A stretch of DNA of 62,664 bases from the NCBI GenBank assembly GCA_028704635.1, contig JAQWFB010000006.1, forward strand, positions 1 to 62,664, read 5' to 3'. Of this stretch, positions 53,677-61,096 are shown in pieces. The DNA is from Candidatus Shapirobacteria bacterium (GTDB lineage: Bacteria > Patescibacteriota > Microgenomatia > UBA12405). Both the position numbers and the translations under genes were made by a program. Under the pieces are notes generated by a model. That model saw only the letters and a list, made by a program, of their open reading frames with translations, was not told where the DNA came from and did no database searches. Position 1 is the first letter of the stretch. The number at the start of each line of letters is the position of its first letter.

Positions 53677-55485
53677 ATGAAAGCCCGTGATTTAAAGGAA
53701 AAATTCATCAATTTTTTTGTTGCCCAAAAACATATCGAAATTCCCTCGGCCAGTTTAACTCCAGAAAATGACCCAACCACTCTTTTTATTTCCGCCGGCA
53801 TGCATCCTTTAGTTCCCTATCTTTTAGGCCAACCTCATCCACTTGGCAAAAGATTAACTGATGTTCAAAAATGCGTCAGAACAGGTGACATCGACGAAGT
53901 TGGTGATGGTTACCATCACACTTTTTTTGAAATGTTAGGTAATTGGAGTCTTGGTGATTATTTTAAGACTGAAGCAATTTCTTGGAGCTACCAATTTCTG
54001 ACCAAAGAATTAAATATCGACCCTAAAAACCTTCATTTTACCTGCTTTGAGGGTGATCAAGATGCCCCAAAAGACACCGAATCCCATGATCTTTGGTTAA
54101 AACAAGGAATTCCAGAAGAAAGAATTCATTACTTACCTAAAAAAGATAATTGGTGGGGTCCAGCTGGCAGTGTTGGCCCTTGTGGTCCAGACACCGAAAT
54201 GTTTATTGATACTAATCCAAATATCGGAGAAATTGATTTTCAAACTGGTTGTAAACAGGGGAGAATTATTGAAATTTGGAACGATGTTTTCATGCAATAT
54301 TACAAAGATGAAAATGGTAAATTTTCCGAAATGAAGCAAAAAAATGTCGATACTGGTATGGGTGTTGAACGAACCACAGCAATTTTGTCGGGTTTTTCGG
54401 ACAATTATTTATCCGACATCTGGCAACCAATAATTAAAGCAATTGAAGTATTTACTCCAAAAAAATATGAAGATAACCCAAAAATTTTTAGAATCATAGC
54501 TGATCATCTTAAAGCTGCCGTTTTTATTATTGCTGATGGTGTCGAACCATCAAACAAAGAAGCAGGGTATGTTCTCCGTCGTCTCATCCGTCGAGCTGTC
54601 CGACAAGGAAAATTATTGGGAATCGAAAATAATTTTACTGTTCCAATCGCCACAGCTATTTTGAAAAATCAGGGCAACTATGCCGGAGTTTATTTGGAAT
54701 TAAATCAAAATAGAGACCGTATTTTTTCGGTTTTAGAAAATGAAGAAAATAAATTTAGAAAAACTTTAAACAATGGTCTTCGCGAAATCAATAAATTAAT
54801 CGAAAATAAAAAAATTAAATCAATAAAAAATCAAGATAATTCTTTACTAAATATTAGCGGTAAAGAAGCTTTTACTCTTTATGAAAGTTTCGGTTTTCCA
54901 ATTGAAATGGTCGAAGAAGAACTACAAAAAAATAATTTAACCTTAAATAAGGAAGAATTTGAAGAAGCAAAATTAGCTCATCAAAAGCAGTCTCAGACTT
55001 TGTCTGCTGGCAAATTCAAGTCCGGTCTAGCAAATAATTCTGAAATTATTACTAAATATCACACCGCCACTCATTTATTACATTCTGCTTTAAGAAAAAT
55101 TTTAGGGGACAACGTTCAACAATCAGGTTCCAATATCACTTCCGAAAGGTTGCGTTTCGATTTTTCTCATTCTGAAAAATTAACTGACGACCAATTAAAA
55201 GAAGTGCAAGATTTAGTTAATCAGCAAATAAAATTAGATTTACCAGTCGTTATTGAAACCATGCCTTTTGTTGAAGCTCAAAAACAAAATGCTCTGGCTT
55301 TCTTTGGTAATAAATATCCGGAAACTGTCACCGTTTATACTATTGGTTCGGCAGAAAATTATTTTTCCAAAGAAGTTTGCACTGGTCCTCATGTGACTCG
55401 TTTATCCGAGTTAGGAAATTTTGAAATAATTAAAGAAGAATCTGCTGGTTCTGGCAAACGTCGTATTTACGCCATCTTAAAATAA
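53677..55485 (+). CDS. alaS: Alanyl-tRNA synthetase (short form without C-Ala domain)
   Basis: 602 aa. FFVAQKHIEIPSASL, FTNAGM-like (FISAGMHP), RTGDIDEVGDGYHHTFFEMLGNWS, and the editing-domain motifs HTATHLLHSALR and CTGPHV. Confidence 0.92.
   Translation: MKARDLKEKFINFFVAQKHIEIPSASLTPENDPTTLFISAGMHPLVPYLLGQPHPLGKRLTDVQKCVRTGDIDEVGDGYHHTFFEMLGNWSLGDYFKTEAISWSYQFLTKELNIDPKNLHFTCFEGDQDAPKDTESHDLWLKQGIPEERIHYLPKKDNWWGPAGSVGPCGPDTEMFIDTNPNIGEIDFQTGCKQGRIIEIWNDVFMQYYKDENGKFSEMKQKNVDTGMGVERTTAILSGFSDNYLSDIWQPIIKAIEVFTPKKYEDNPKIFRIIADHLKAAVFIIADGVEPSNKEAGYVLRRLIRRAVRQGKLLGIENNFTVPIATAILKNQGNYAGVYLELNQNRDRIFSVLENEENKFRKTLNNGLREINKLIENKKIKSIKNQDNSLLNISGKEAFTLYESFGFPIEMVEEELQKNNLTLNKEEFEEAKLAHQKQSQTLSAGKFKSGLANNSEIITKYHTATHLLHSALRKILGDNVQQSGSNITSERLRFDFSHSEKLTDDQLKEVQDLVNQQIKLDLPVVIETMPFVEAQKQNALAFFGNKYPETVTVYTIGSAENYFSKEVCTGPHVTRLSELGNFEIIKEESAGSGKRRIYAILK
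55465..55484 (+). repeat. Direct repeat copy 1: last 20 nt of alaS (ATTTACGCCATCTTAAAATA)
   Basis: Perfectly repeated at 58871-58890. It encodes IYAILK plus the first two bases of the stop codon. Confidence 0.9.
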
Positions 55486-55514
55486 TAAATATATTAATTA
55501 AAAATATTTTCTTT

Positions 55515-55889
55515 ATGAAAACATTAAAATTAAAAAATGGGAAATATTTTCATGGACAATATGAAAATAATGAAAAAACTAAAGGGTGGTTTATTGGATC
55601 ATTTTTTGACAAAGGTAATTATTGTAAGACAGATAAATTAGAAATAATGTATTGCTTTCATAAAAAAGGCGACATTATTGAAACTCATTATCACAAGAAA
55701 AAAGTTGAGTTGTTAATAATCCTTCAAGGAAGTGCAAAATATACCATTAATGGCAAAGATATTCTTTTAAAGAAAGGCGATTTTCTTTTTATAGATGTGA
55801 ATAATTTAATTTCTGGTGAATTTATTAAACCTTCAAAAATTTTTGCTATTCATTCCCCAAGTATTCCAAGTGATAAATTTAAACCCTAG
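55515..55889 (+). CDS. Cupin-domain protein
   Basis: 124 aa. KGWFIGSFF..ETHYHKKKVELLIILQGSAKYTINGKDILLKKGDFLFI is a cupin metal-site-like pattern (HxH...E). Confidence 0.55.
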   Translation: MKTLKLKNGKYFHGQYENNEKTKGWFIGSFFDKGNYCKTDKLEIMYCFHKKGDIIETHYHKKKVELLIILQGSAKYTINGKDILLKKGDFLFIDVNNLISGEFIKPSKIFAIHSPSIPSDKFKP

Positions 55890-55928
55890 TTATAATTTAT
55901 ATGTAATAAATACACATTTAATAAAATA

Positions 55929-55956
55929 TTGATTTTTACCTGTCTTGTGGTAGAAT
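55929..55956 (+). promoter_or_regulatory. Promoter of the radical SAM operon
   Basis: TTGATT (55929-55934), a 16-nt spacer ending in TG, then TAGAAT (55951-55956). It lies 13 nt upstream of the ATG at 55970. Confidence 0.5.
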
Positions 55957-55969
55957 TTAACGAAATAGA

Positions 55970-56818
55970 ATGAAAATAAGAACAAAGCCAGATGTCGATA
56001 GTGTTGGTAAATATATAGTTTTTATTGAAGATTGTAAAAACCCTTCTGATTTAGATCTTTTTTTAGAAAAAAATAAAGGTTTATTTTCTAAATTTTATAT
56101 TAATTCAATTTTTAAAAATAAAATTAAAAGCAATTTAAATATAAATTGGCTTACTAAAGAAAAAATAAAAGAAAAATATAAAGAAGATATAATCATACCT
56201 AAATGGATTTTAGTAGAAGATAATTTTAAAAAAATTATATCTGGAAAATGGAATGAAATAATGCCTATTACGGCCGAATTTACTCCTACCTTAAATTGTA
56301 ATTTTAGATGTAATCAATGTTCTTACTCTGTTCCTAAACAAAAATTAGGTGTGTGGAAAAAGAAAAATTCAAAAGAATTTAGTTCTGATTTTGAAGGTCA
56401 AAATATTCATATGACACTAGAATCAGCAAAAAAAATTATAGACAAATTAAAATCTGGTGGAGTAAAAAATATTTTATTTACAGGCGGCGGGGAACCATTT
56501 ATTAATCCAGATGTGACAATAAAGGGTATGTTTTATGCCAAAGAAAAAGGGTTAATCATTGGTCTTTATAGTAACGGATCGTTGTTAAATAAAGAAATAA
56601 TTAAAGATATTTTTAAAATAAATCCTTTATTTATAAGAATTAGTATTTATGGCAGTAACCCAGAAAGTTTTTCTAAATATACAAATCAATCACCAAAATT
56701 ATATAGTCGTGTCCTTGAAAATGTTAGGCTATTAGCTCAAGAGAAAATAAAAACTAAATCATCAACTCAAATTGGGTTGTCTTTTTTTACTCCATCCAGA
56801 TACTACAGAAGATCTTGA
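55970..56818 (+). CDS. Radical SAM enzyme, N-terminal fragment (frameshifted at a T7 run)
   Basis: CNFRCNQC (CxxxCxxC) cluster after a roughly 100-aa N-terminal extension, plus ILFTGGGEPFINPD (SAM-binding GGE motif). The frame terminates 30 nt after the T7 tract at 56782-56788. Confidence 0.75.
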   Translation: MKIRTKPDVDSVGKYIVFIEDCKNPSDLDLFLEKNKGLFSKFYINSIFKNKIKSNLNINWLTKEKIKEKYKEDIIIPKWILVEDNFKKIISGKWNEIMPITAEFTPTLNCNFRCNQCSYSVPKQKLGVWKKKNSKEFSSDFEGQNIHMTLESAKKIIDKLKSGGVKNILFTGGGEPFINPDVTIKGMFYAKEKGLIIGLYSNGSLLNKEIIKDIFKINPLFIRISIYGSNPESFSKYTNQSPKLYSRVLENVRLLAQEKIKTKSSTQIGLSFFTPSRYYRRS

Positions 56819-57410
56819 TCAAATTGAAAAATATTTAGCGAAAACATTATCTTTAAACGAATTAAAAGTAATTAATTCTTGTCGTTTTACACCGGCCGTT
56901 GATTATTTTGGAGGCCCACAACATTCAGACGAAACAATGAGAAAAATCTTTCTTTTTATTAAAAAAAATATTAAATCAAAATTAGAAAAATACGGAATTG
57001 ATGTTAAATTGTACTTCCACCGATTAAATGATCTTAACAAGAAAAAAACTTATAAAAAATGTAGAGCATCGGGATGGTATTTAGAAGTTGGTCCTTCTGG
57101 AGATGTGTTTATTTGTTGCGAAAAACTTTTTTCTGATGATAGTAAAATTGGTAATCTAAAAAATCAATCAATTAAAGATATCTATAAAAGTGATTTGAGA
57201 AAAAAAATAATTAACAATGTTGATTTTTGTGAATGTAAAGAATGTCCACCAGTCTGTAAGCCTCATGAACTCAATAAAATTTTTAATAATATTGATACCT
57301 TAATTAAGGGAGGAAATACTGATTCTATAAAAAAATGGAGGAATGATATTTTAGAACGTGGGGAAAATGTTAATCATTTTGCTGGTAAGCTAAATGATTT
57401 TGAAAGTTAA
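56772..57410 (+). CDS. Radical SAM enzyme, C-terminal fragment with SPASM/twitch-like Cys cluster
   Basis: It continues the barrel (LLHPDTTEDL...). The Cys cluster reads CRASGWYLEVGPSGDVFICC...IGNLKNQSIKDIY...CECKECPPVC. Removing one T from the T7 run fuses it in-frame to the upstream fragment (..QIGLSFLLHPDTTEDL..). Confidence 0.7.
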   Translation: MGCLFLLHPDTTEDLDQIEKYLAKTLSLNELKVINSCRFTPAVDYFGGPQHSDETMRKIFLFIKKNIKSKLEKYGIDVKLYFHRLNDLNKKKTYKKCRASGWYLEVGPSGDVFICCEKLFSDDSKIGNLKNQSIKDIYKSDLRKKIINNVDFCECKECPPVCKPHELNKIFNNIDTLIKGGNTDSIKKWRNDILERGENVNHFAGKLNDFES

Positions 57411-57425
57411 AAATTTAAAAAAAAT

Positions 57426-58085
57426 ATGAATAAAGAAAATGATAAAAATTCTGAGAGTAATCAAAGTAGTTCAATTTTTGAAAAACTTGATAATCAAAGA
57501 AAAGAATTAGGGTTTTTCACTATAGGTGAATTATTAGAGTTAAGTGACCGTAAAAATATTATTTTAGATCCGATGTCTACCCTTATTAGTAAGGATGCTA
57601 ATATTGGTTCAGAAAACATTTTTTACCCCAATACTATTATTGAAAAACAAGGTGGTGGAACTATAGAAATAGGTAGTAAAAACATTTTTTACCCACAAAC
57701 TTTTATTGTCGCTAGTTTAGGAAAAATAAAAATTGGAAATGGTAATCAGTTTGGAGATGGTGGTTTGAGTATTAAAGCAAATTATCCAAATACAGACATT
57801 TCAATTGGGAATAATTGTAGGTTGTTAAATGGTGTGCAGATATTAGGAATAACACATTTAGGTTCAGGATCACAGATAATAGGAGGCCAATTAACAGTCC
57901 AGGATTGTTTTTTAGAAGACGGTAAAGACTTTACATTTCCAGATACTGACGAAAGAGGTGGTGTTATTAAAGGTTTTGGTTTAATAAGAAATATCAAAAT
58001 AGAAAAAGGTAAAGTTATCAACGGACAAGGCTCTTTTGACCAGTCAATGGTACAAGATCAGTCCTTTTATCATCCCAAAAAATAA
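57426..58085 (+). CDS. Left-handed beta-helix (hexapeptide-repeat) transferase-like protein
   Basis: 219 aa with repeated [LIV]-G-x4 turns: ANIGSENIFYPNTIIE, IEIGSKNIFYPQTFIV, IKIGNGNQFGDGGLSI, ISIGNNCRLLNGVQIL, THLGSGSQIIGG. Confidence 0.55.
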   Translation: MNKENDKNSESNQSSSIFEKLDNQRKELGFFTIGELLELSDRKNIILDPMSTLISKDANIGSENIFYPNTIIEKQGGGTIEIGSKNIFYPQTFIVASLGKIKIGNGNQFGDGGLSIKANYPNTDISIGNNCRLLNGVQILGITHLGSGSQIIGGQLTVQDCFLEDGKDFTFPDTDERGGVIKGFGLIRNIKIEKGKVINGQGSFDQSMVQDQSFYHPKK

Positions 58086-58086
58086 C

Positions 58087-58863
58087 ATGAAATCAGTTGA
58101 ATTAGGTCTCGGTTTAATAGGTATTGGACGAGAATGGGGGAATATACCTTCTCCTATTCCAAATGAAACTGAAGCAACGGAATTTCTTAAAAAATCAGTT
58201 GACCTTGGCATTTTATTTTTAGATACCGCACCAGCATACGGTTCTAGTGAAAAAAAATTAGGAATTTTTTTAAAGACATTAAGTGATGGAGAAAGACAAA
58301 GTTTAACCGTATCAACAAAATTTGGCGAACATTGGGATGAAAATAACAATCAATCGTATGTGGATCATTCATATGAAGCTTTATGTCGAAGCATAGACAA
58401 AAGTATAAATATTCTTGGAAAAATAGATCTTTTACAGCTACATAAATCAAATCCAGATGTATTAATTAGTCGAGATTTTTTCAGATCATTAGATTATGCC
58501 AGGAAAAAAGGTATTTTTGAATTTGGAGCAAGCGTTAGTGATCTCATTTCTGGAGAAATTGCAATTAGATCTAAAGATATTTCTGTTATACAAATACCGT
58601 TTAACGAGTCCAACCAAAGTTTGGAAAAATTAATAGATTTGTCGATTATAAACAATAAAACACTAATTATAAACAGACCATTTAATTCCGGAAAAAATAT
58701 ATTACCTGACACAACTAAGGAAGAAAAAAAGATAACTTTAATCAATTCATTTAGGTTTATTCTAAAAAAGCCATTTTATGGTTTTATATTAACTGGAACT
58801 ACATCAATCGATCATCTTAAGGAAAATATAGAGGCTTTTAATAAAGCAAAAGAGGAAATATAA
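58087..58863 (+). CDS. Aldo/keto reductase family oxidoreductase
   Basis: 258 aa from ATG at 58087. LGLGLIGIGREWG, FLDTAPAYGSSE (the AKR D..Y motif region), and LLQLHK. Confidence 0.7.
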   Translation: MKSVELGLGLIGIGREWGNIPSPIPNETEATEFLKKSVDLGILFLDTAPAYGSSEKKLGIFLKTLSDGERQSLTVSTKFGEHWDENNNQSYVDHSYEALCRSIDKSINILGKIDLLQLHKSNPDVLISRDFFRSLDYARKKGIFEFGASVSDLISGEIAIRSKDISVIQIPFNESNQSLEKLIDLSIINNKTLIINRPFNSGKNILPDTTKEEKKITLINSFRFILKKPFYGFILTGTTSIDHLKENIEAFNKAKEEI

Positions 58864-58870
58864 AATTTTC

Positions 58871-58890
58871 ATTTACGCCATCTTAAAATA
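58871..58890 (+). repeat. Direct repeat copy 2 (pseudo 3' end of alaS)
   Basis: 20/20 identical to 55465-55484. It again reads IYAILK followed by a stop (TAG). Confidence 0.9.
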
Positions 58891-58924
58891 GGCTAAATCG
58901 TCAAAAATATTGTATCCTTACATA

Positions 58925-61096
58925 ATGGGGATTAATAGTTTTTGGTTATTTTATATCGAGGCCGACAGTATTTTAGTGGCCTTAATTAATTGGGGAAATG
59001 GCCGTTTTTATGTTGCTTCAATTGGTCCTCGTGTTGCTTTTAATATCAATAATCCTTCATCAATCGCCAAAGCCGCTGACGAATCACTTTCCAGTGCAGC
59101 CATCAGTGCTGATATTTCTCCTGAGCAAGAGCCTCTTTTTGTTGGTTTAGTTATTCCATCTTCTTGGGTTGGTGAAGACGGAAAAATTGTCAAAGAAAAA
59201 TCGGAAATAATTTTACCTCTACTAAAAGAATTAGATCTGAAACCTTCAGGCTTCATGTCTAGCGATGAAGCCATAATTGAAGAATCAAGTAAGCCGGATG
59301 ATTTTCCCGCCAGTTTCATTAATATTTATTTAGAGTCAAATTCTTTTGAATTATCACTTGTTTACCTTGGAAAAATTAAAAAAAGAGTTAGAAAATTTTT
59401 TGATGGTGAATTTACTGCCCAATTAATTGAAGATACTTTATTAGAATTTAATTCCGAGTCAACTCTTCCTCCCCAAATTTATATTTATGGTAATGCTGAT
59501 GAATCAACCGTTGAAGAATTAAAAAACTTTTCCTGGGTTGGCAAAAAAAATGTCGAAACTTTTCTCCATTTTCCCGACATTAAACTTTATCGCGATGAAG
59601 ATTTAGTCAATATTTTTTTTAAAGCCATCACTTCTCAAATGATTGGCGGTGGTAATCCTTCTCATCAATCAGTTCCGTCAATTCCTCCTGAAGAACCTGA
59701 AGAAAAAGAGAATGAAACACAAGAAGACATTGAAACTCCTGACGAAATTATTAACAATGATTCAGATATTTATGATGCAGAAATAACAGAAAATATAGAA
59801 GAAGTTTCTCCTGAAAATTTAGGTTTTACTAAAGAACAACCCAAAGAAGAATTTATTGAAGTCCCCATTATTCCCGAAACTCCAGTTTTTGAAACCAATA
59901 TTCCTTCCCGCAAACCATCCATTCCATTTTCTTTTCCAAAAATAAATTTTAAATTACCCAAACTAAAAACAAATTTTTTAATTTTTCTTCTTCCCGTTGC
60001 ATTAATTTTAATTTTTCTTCTTATCTTTTTTTCCAAAGCAAAAATTATTCTTTTTTTAACTCCCTATGAATTTGAAAAAACTATCAATATAACTTTAGAT
60101 TCAGATGCTACAGAAATTTCTTCATCAATTATTCCAGTTGAAAAAAAGGATGCAGATGTCAGTTCTTCTATTACTGTAGAAACCACAGGCCAGAAAACTG
60201 TTGGAACCAAAGCAACTGGTGAAGTCACTATCTTTAATAAATTAGAAAAAGTCCAAAATATTCCCAAAGGTTCAATTTTAACCGATTCCAATGGCCAAAA
60301 ATTTGAATTAATTAACAGTGTTCAGGTCGCTGCTGCTGTTATTAACTACAACACCGGCACCATGAATTTTGGTCAAACCAAAACTTCTTTATCTGCCTTA
60401 GATATCGGTTCAGAATATAATATTAGTAAAGATGTCGCTTTAACATTTAAAGATTTTTCAGAAAATTCCATCGTAGTTAAAAGTAATACCACTTTTGCTG
60501 GCGGCACTAAAGAACAAGTCAGAGCTGTTAGTAAACAAGATAAATCTAAAGCTGAAAGTCAATTAACTCAAAAATTAGCCGATGAAGCTGATAAAAAAAT
60601 AAGCGAAGAGCTCAATAATTCTAGTGATATTTTAAAAGAAACTATTCAAGTCAAAAAAGGCAAAATCGAATTTAACCGTGAAGTTGACGAGCAAACCGAC
60701 GAATTAACTGCCACAGCCCAATCAACAGTTAGTGTTTTTGCTATTAATTCAGAAATAAAAAACAAAATTATCGAGCAATTTTTATCTCAGGAAAGTGGCT
60801 ACTCTGACTCCGATAAAAATCCAGAATCCTTTGTTTTTACCTTTAAAATTAGTAAATTAGACACAGATCAAGCCACCGGTAGTTTAACCGTTAAAGGTTC
60901 TTCATTACCCAAAATTGACACTGCCACCCTTAAAAAGAATATTGCTGGAAAGACGGTCAAAAATGCTCAAAAAATTATTAAAAAGACCATTAGCAGGGTC
61001 TATGATTTTAATATTCAAACCAATTCTAAATTATTAAATATTTTACCTTTCAATAAAAACAATATTTCTATTGACGTAAAAATCAAATCAAAGTGA
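58925..61096 (+). CDS. Large bitopic membrane protein: cytoplasmic N-domain, acidic linker, TM, extracellular Baseplate_J-like domain
   Basis: About 723 aa from ATG at 58925, with a TM at FLIFLLPVALILIFLLIFF. The extracellular ATGEVTIFNKLEKVQNIPKGSILTDSNGQKFEL...GSEYNI...FAGGTKEQVRAVS resembles the gp47/baseplate-J fold pattern. A GTGA overlap couples it to the sortase gene. Confidence 0.4.
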   Translation: MGINSFWLFYIEADSILVALINWGNGRFYVASIGPRVAFNINNPSSIAKAADESLSSAAISADISPEQEPLFVGLVIPSSWVGEDGKIVKEKSEIILPLLKELDLKPSGFMSSDEAIIEESSKPDDFPASFINIYLESNSFELSLVYLGKIKKRVRKFFDGEFTAQLIEDTLLEFNSESTLPPQIYIYGNADESTVEELKNFSWVGKKNVETFLHFPDIKLYRDEDLVNIFFKAITSQMIGGGNPSHQSVPSIPPEEPEEKENETQEDIETPDEIINNDSDIYDAEITENIEEVSPENLGFTKEQPKEEFIEVPIIPETPVFETNIPSRKPSIPFSFPKINFKLPKLKTNFLIFLLPVALILIFLLIFFSKAKIILFLTPYEFEKTINITLDSDATEISSSIIPVEKKDADVSSSITVETTGQKTVGTKATGEVTIFNKLEKVQNIPKGSILTDSNGQKFELINSVQVAAAVINYNTGTMNFGQTKTSLSALDIGSEYNISKDVALTFKDFSENSIVVKSNTTFAGGTKEQVRAVSKQDKSKAESQLTQKLADEADKKISEELNNSSDILKETIQVKKGKIEFNREVDEQTDELTATAQSTVSVFAINSEIKNKIIEQFLSQESGYSDSDKNPESFVFTFKISKLDTDQATGSLTVKGSSLPKIDTATLKKNIAGKTVKNAQKIIKKTISRVYDFNIQTNSKLLNILPFNKNNISIDVKIKSK

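Larger units (their letters stand above)
55485..58890 (+). mobile_element. Putative inserted genomic islet bounded by 20-bp direct repeats (no integrase present)
   Basis: Four co-oriented, tightly packed genes with their own promoter. They lie between the real alaS 3' end and a duplicated pseudo-3'-end, and look more AT-rich by eye than the flanks. Confidence 0.5.

Noticed and set aside
55486-55969. RiPP precursor peptide for the radical SAM-SPASM enzyme in the islet, or the small ORFs at 52633-53005 serving as its substrates
   Set aside because: I found no convincing short ORF with a leader/core look in the islet gaps. The small-ORF cassette is separated from the islet by alaS, has its own promoter and terminator, and lies outside the 20-bp direct repeats. 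A functional link is therefore unsupported.
27611-61096. Prophage, suggested by dUTPase, the Bro-N domain protein and the Baseplate_J-like domain
   Set aside because: The three genes are scattered over 30 kb among housekeeping genes. There is no terminase, capsid, portal, tail, integrase or lysis gene, and no att-like repeats around them.
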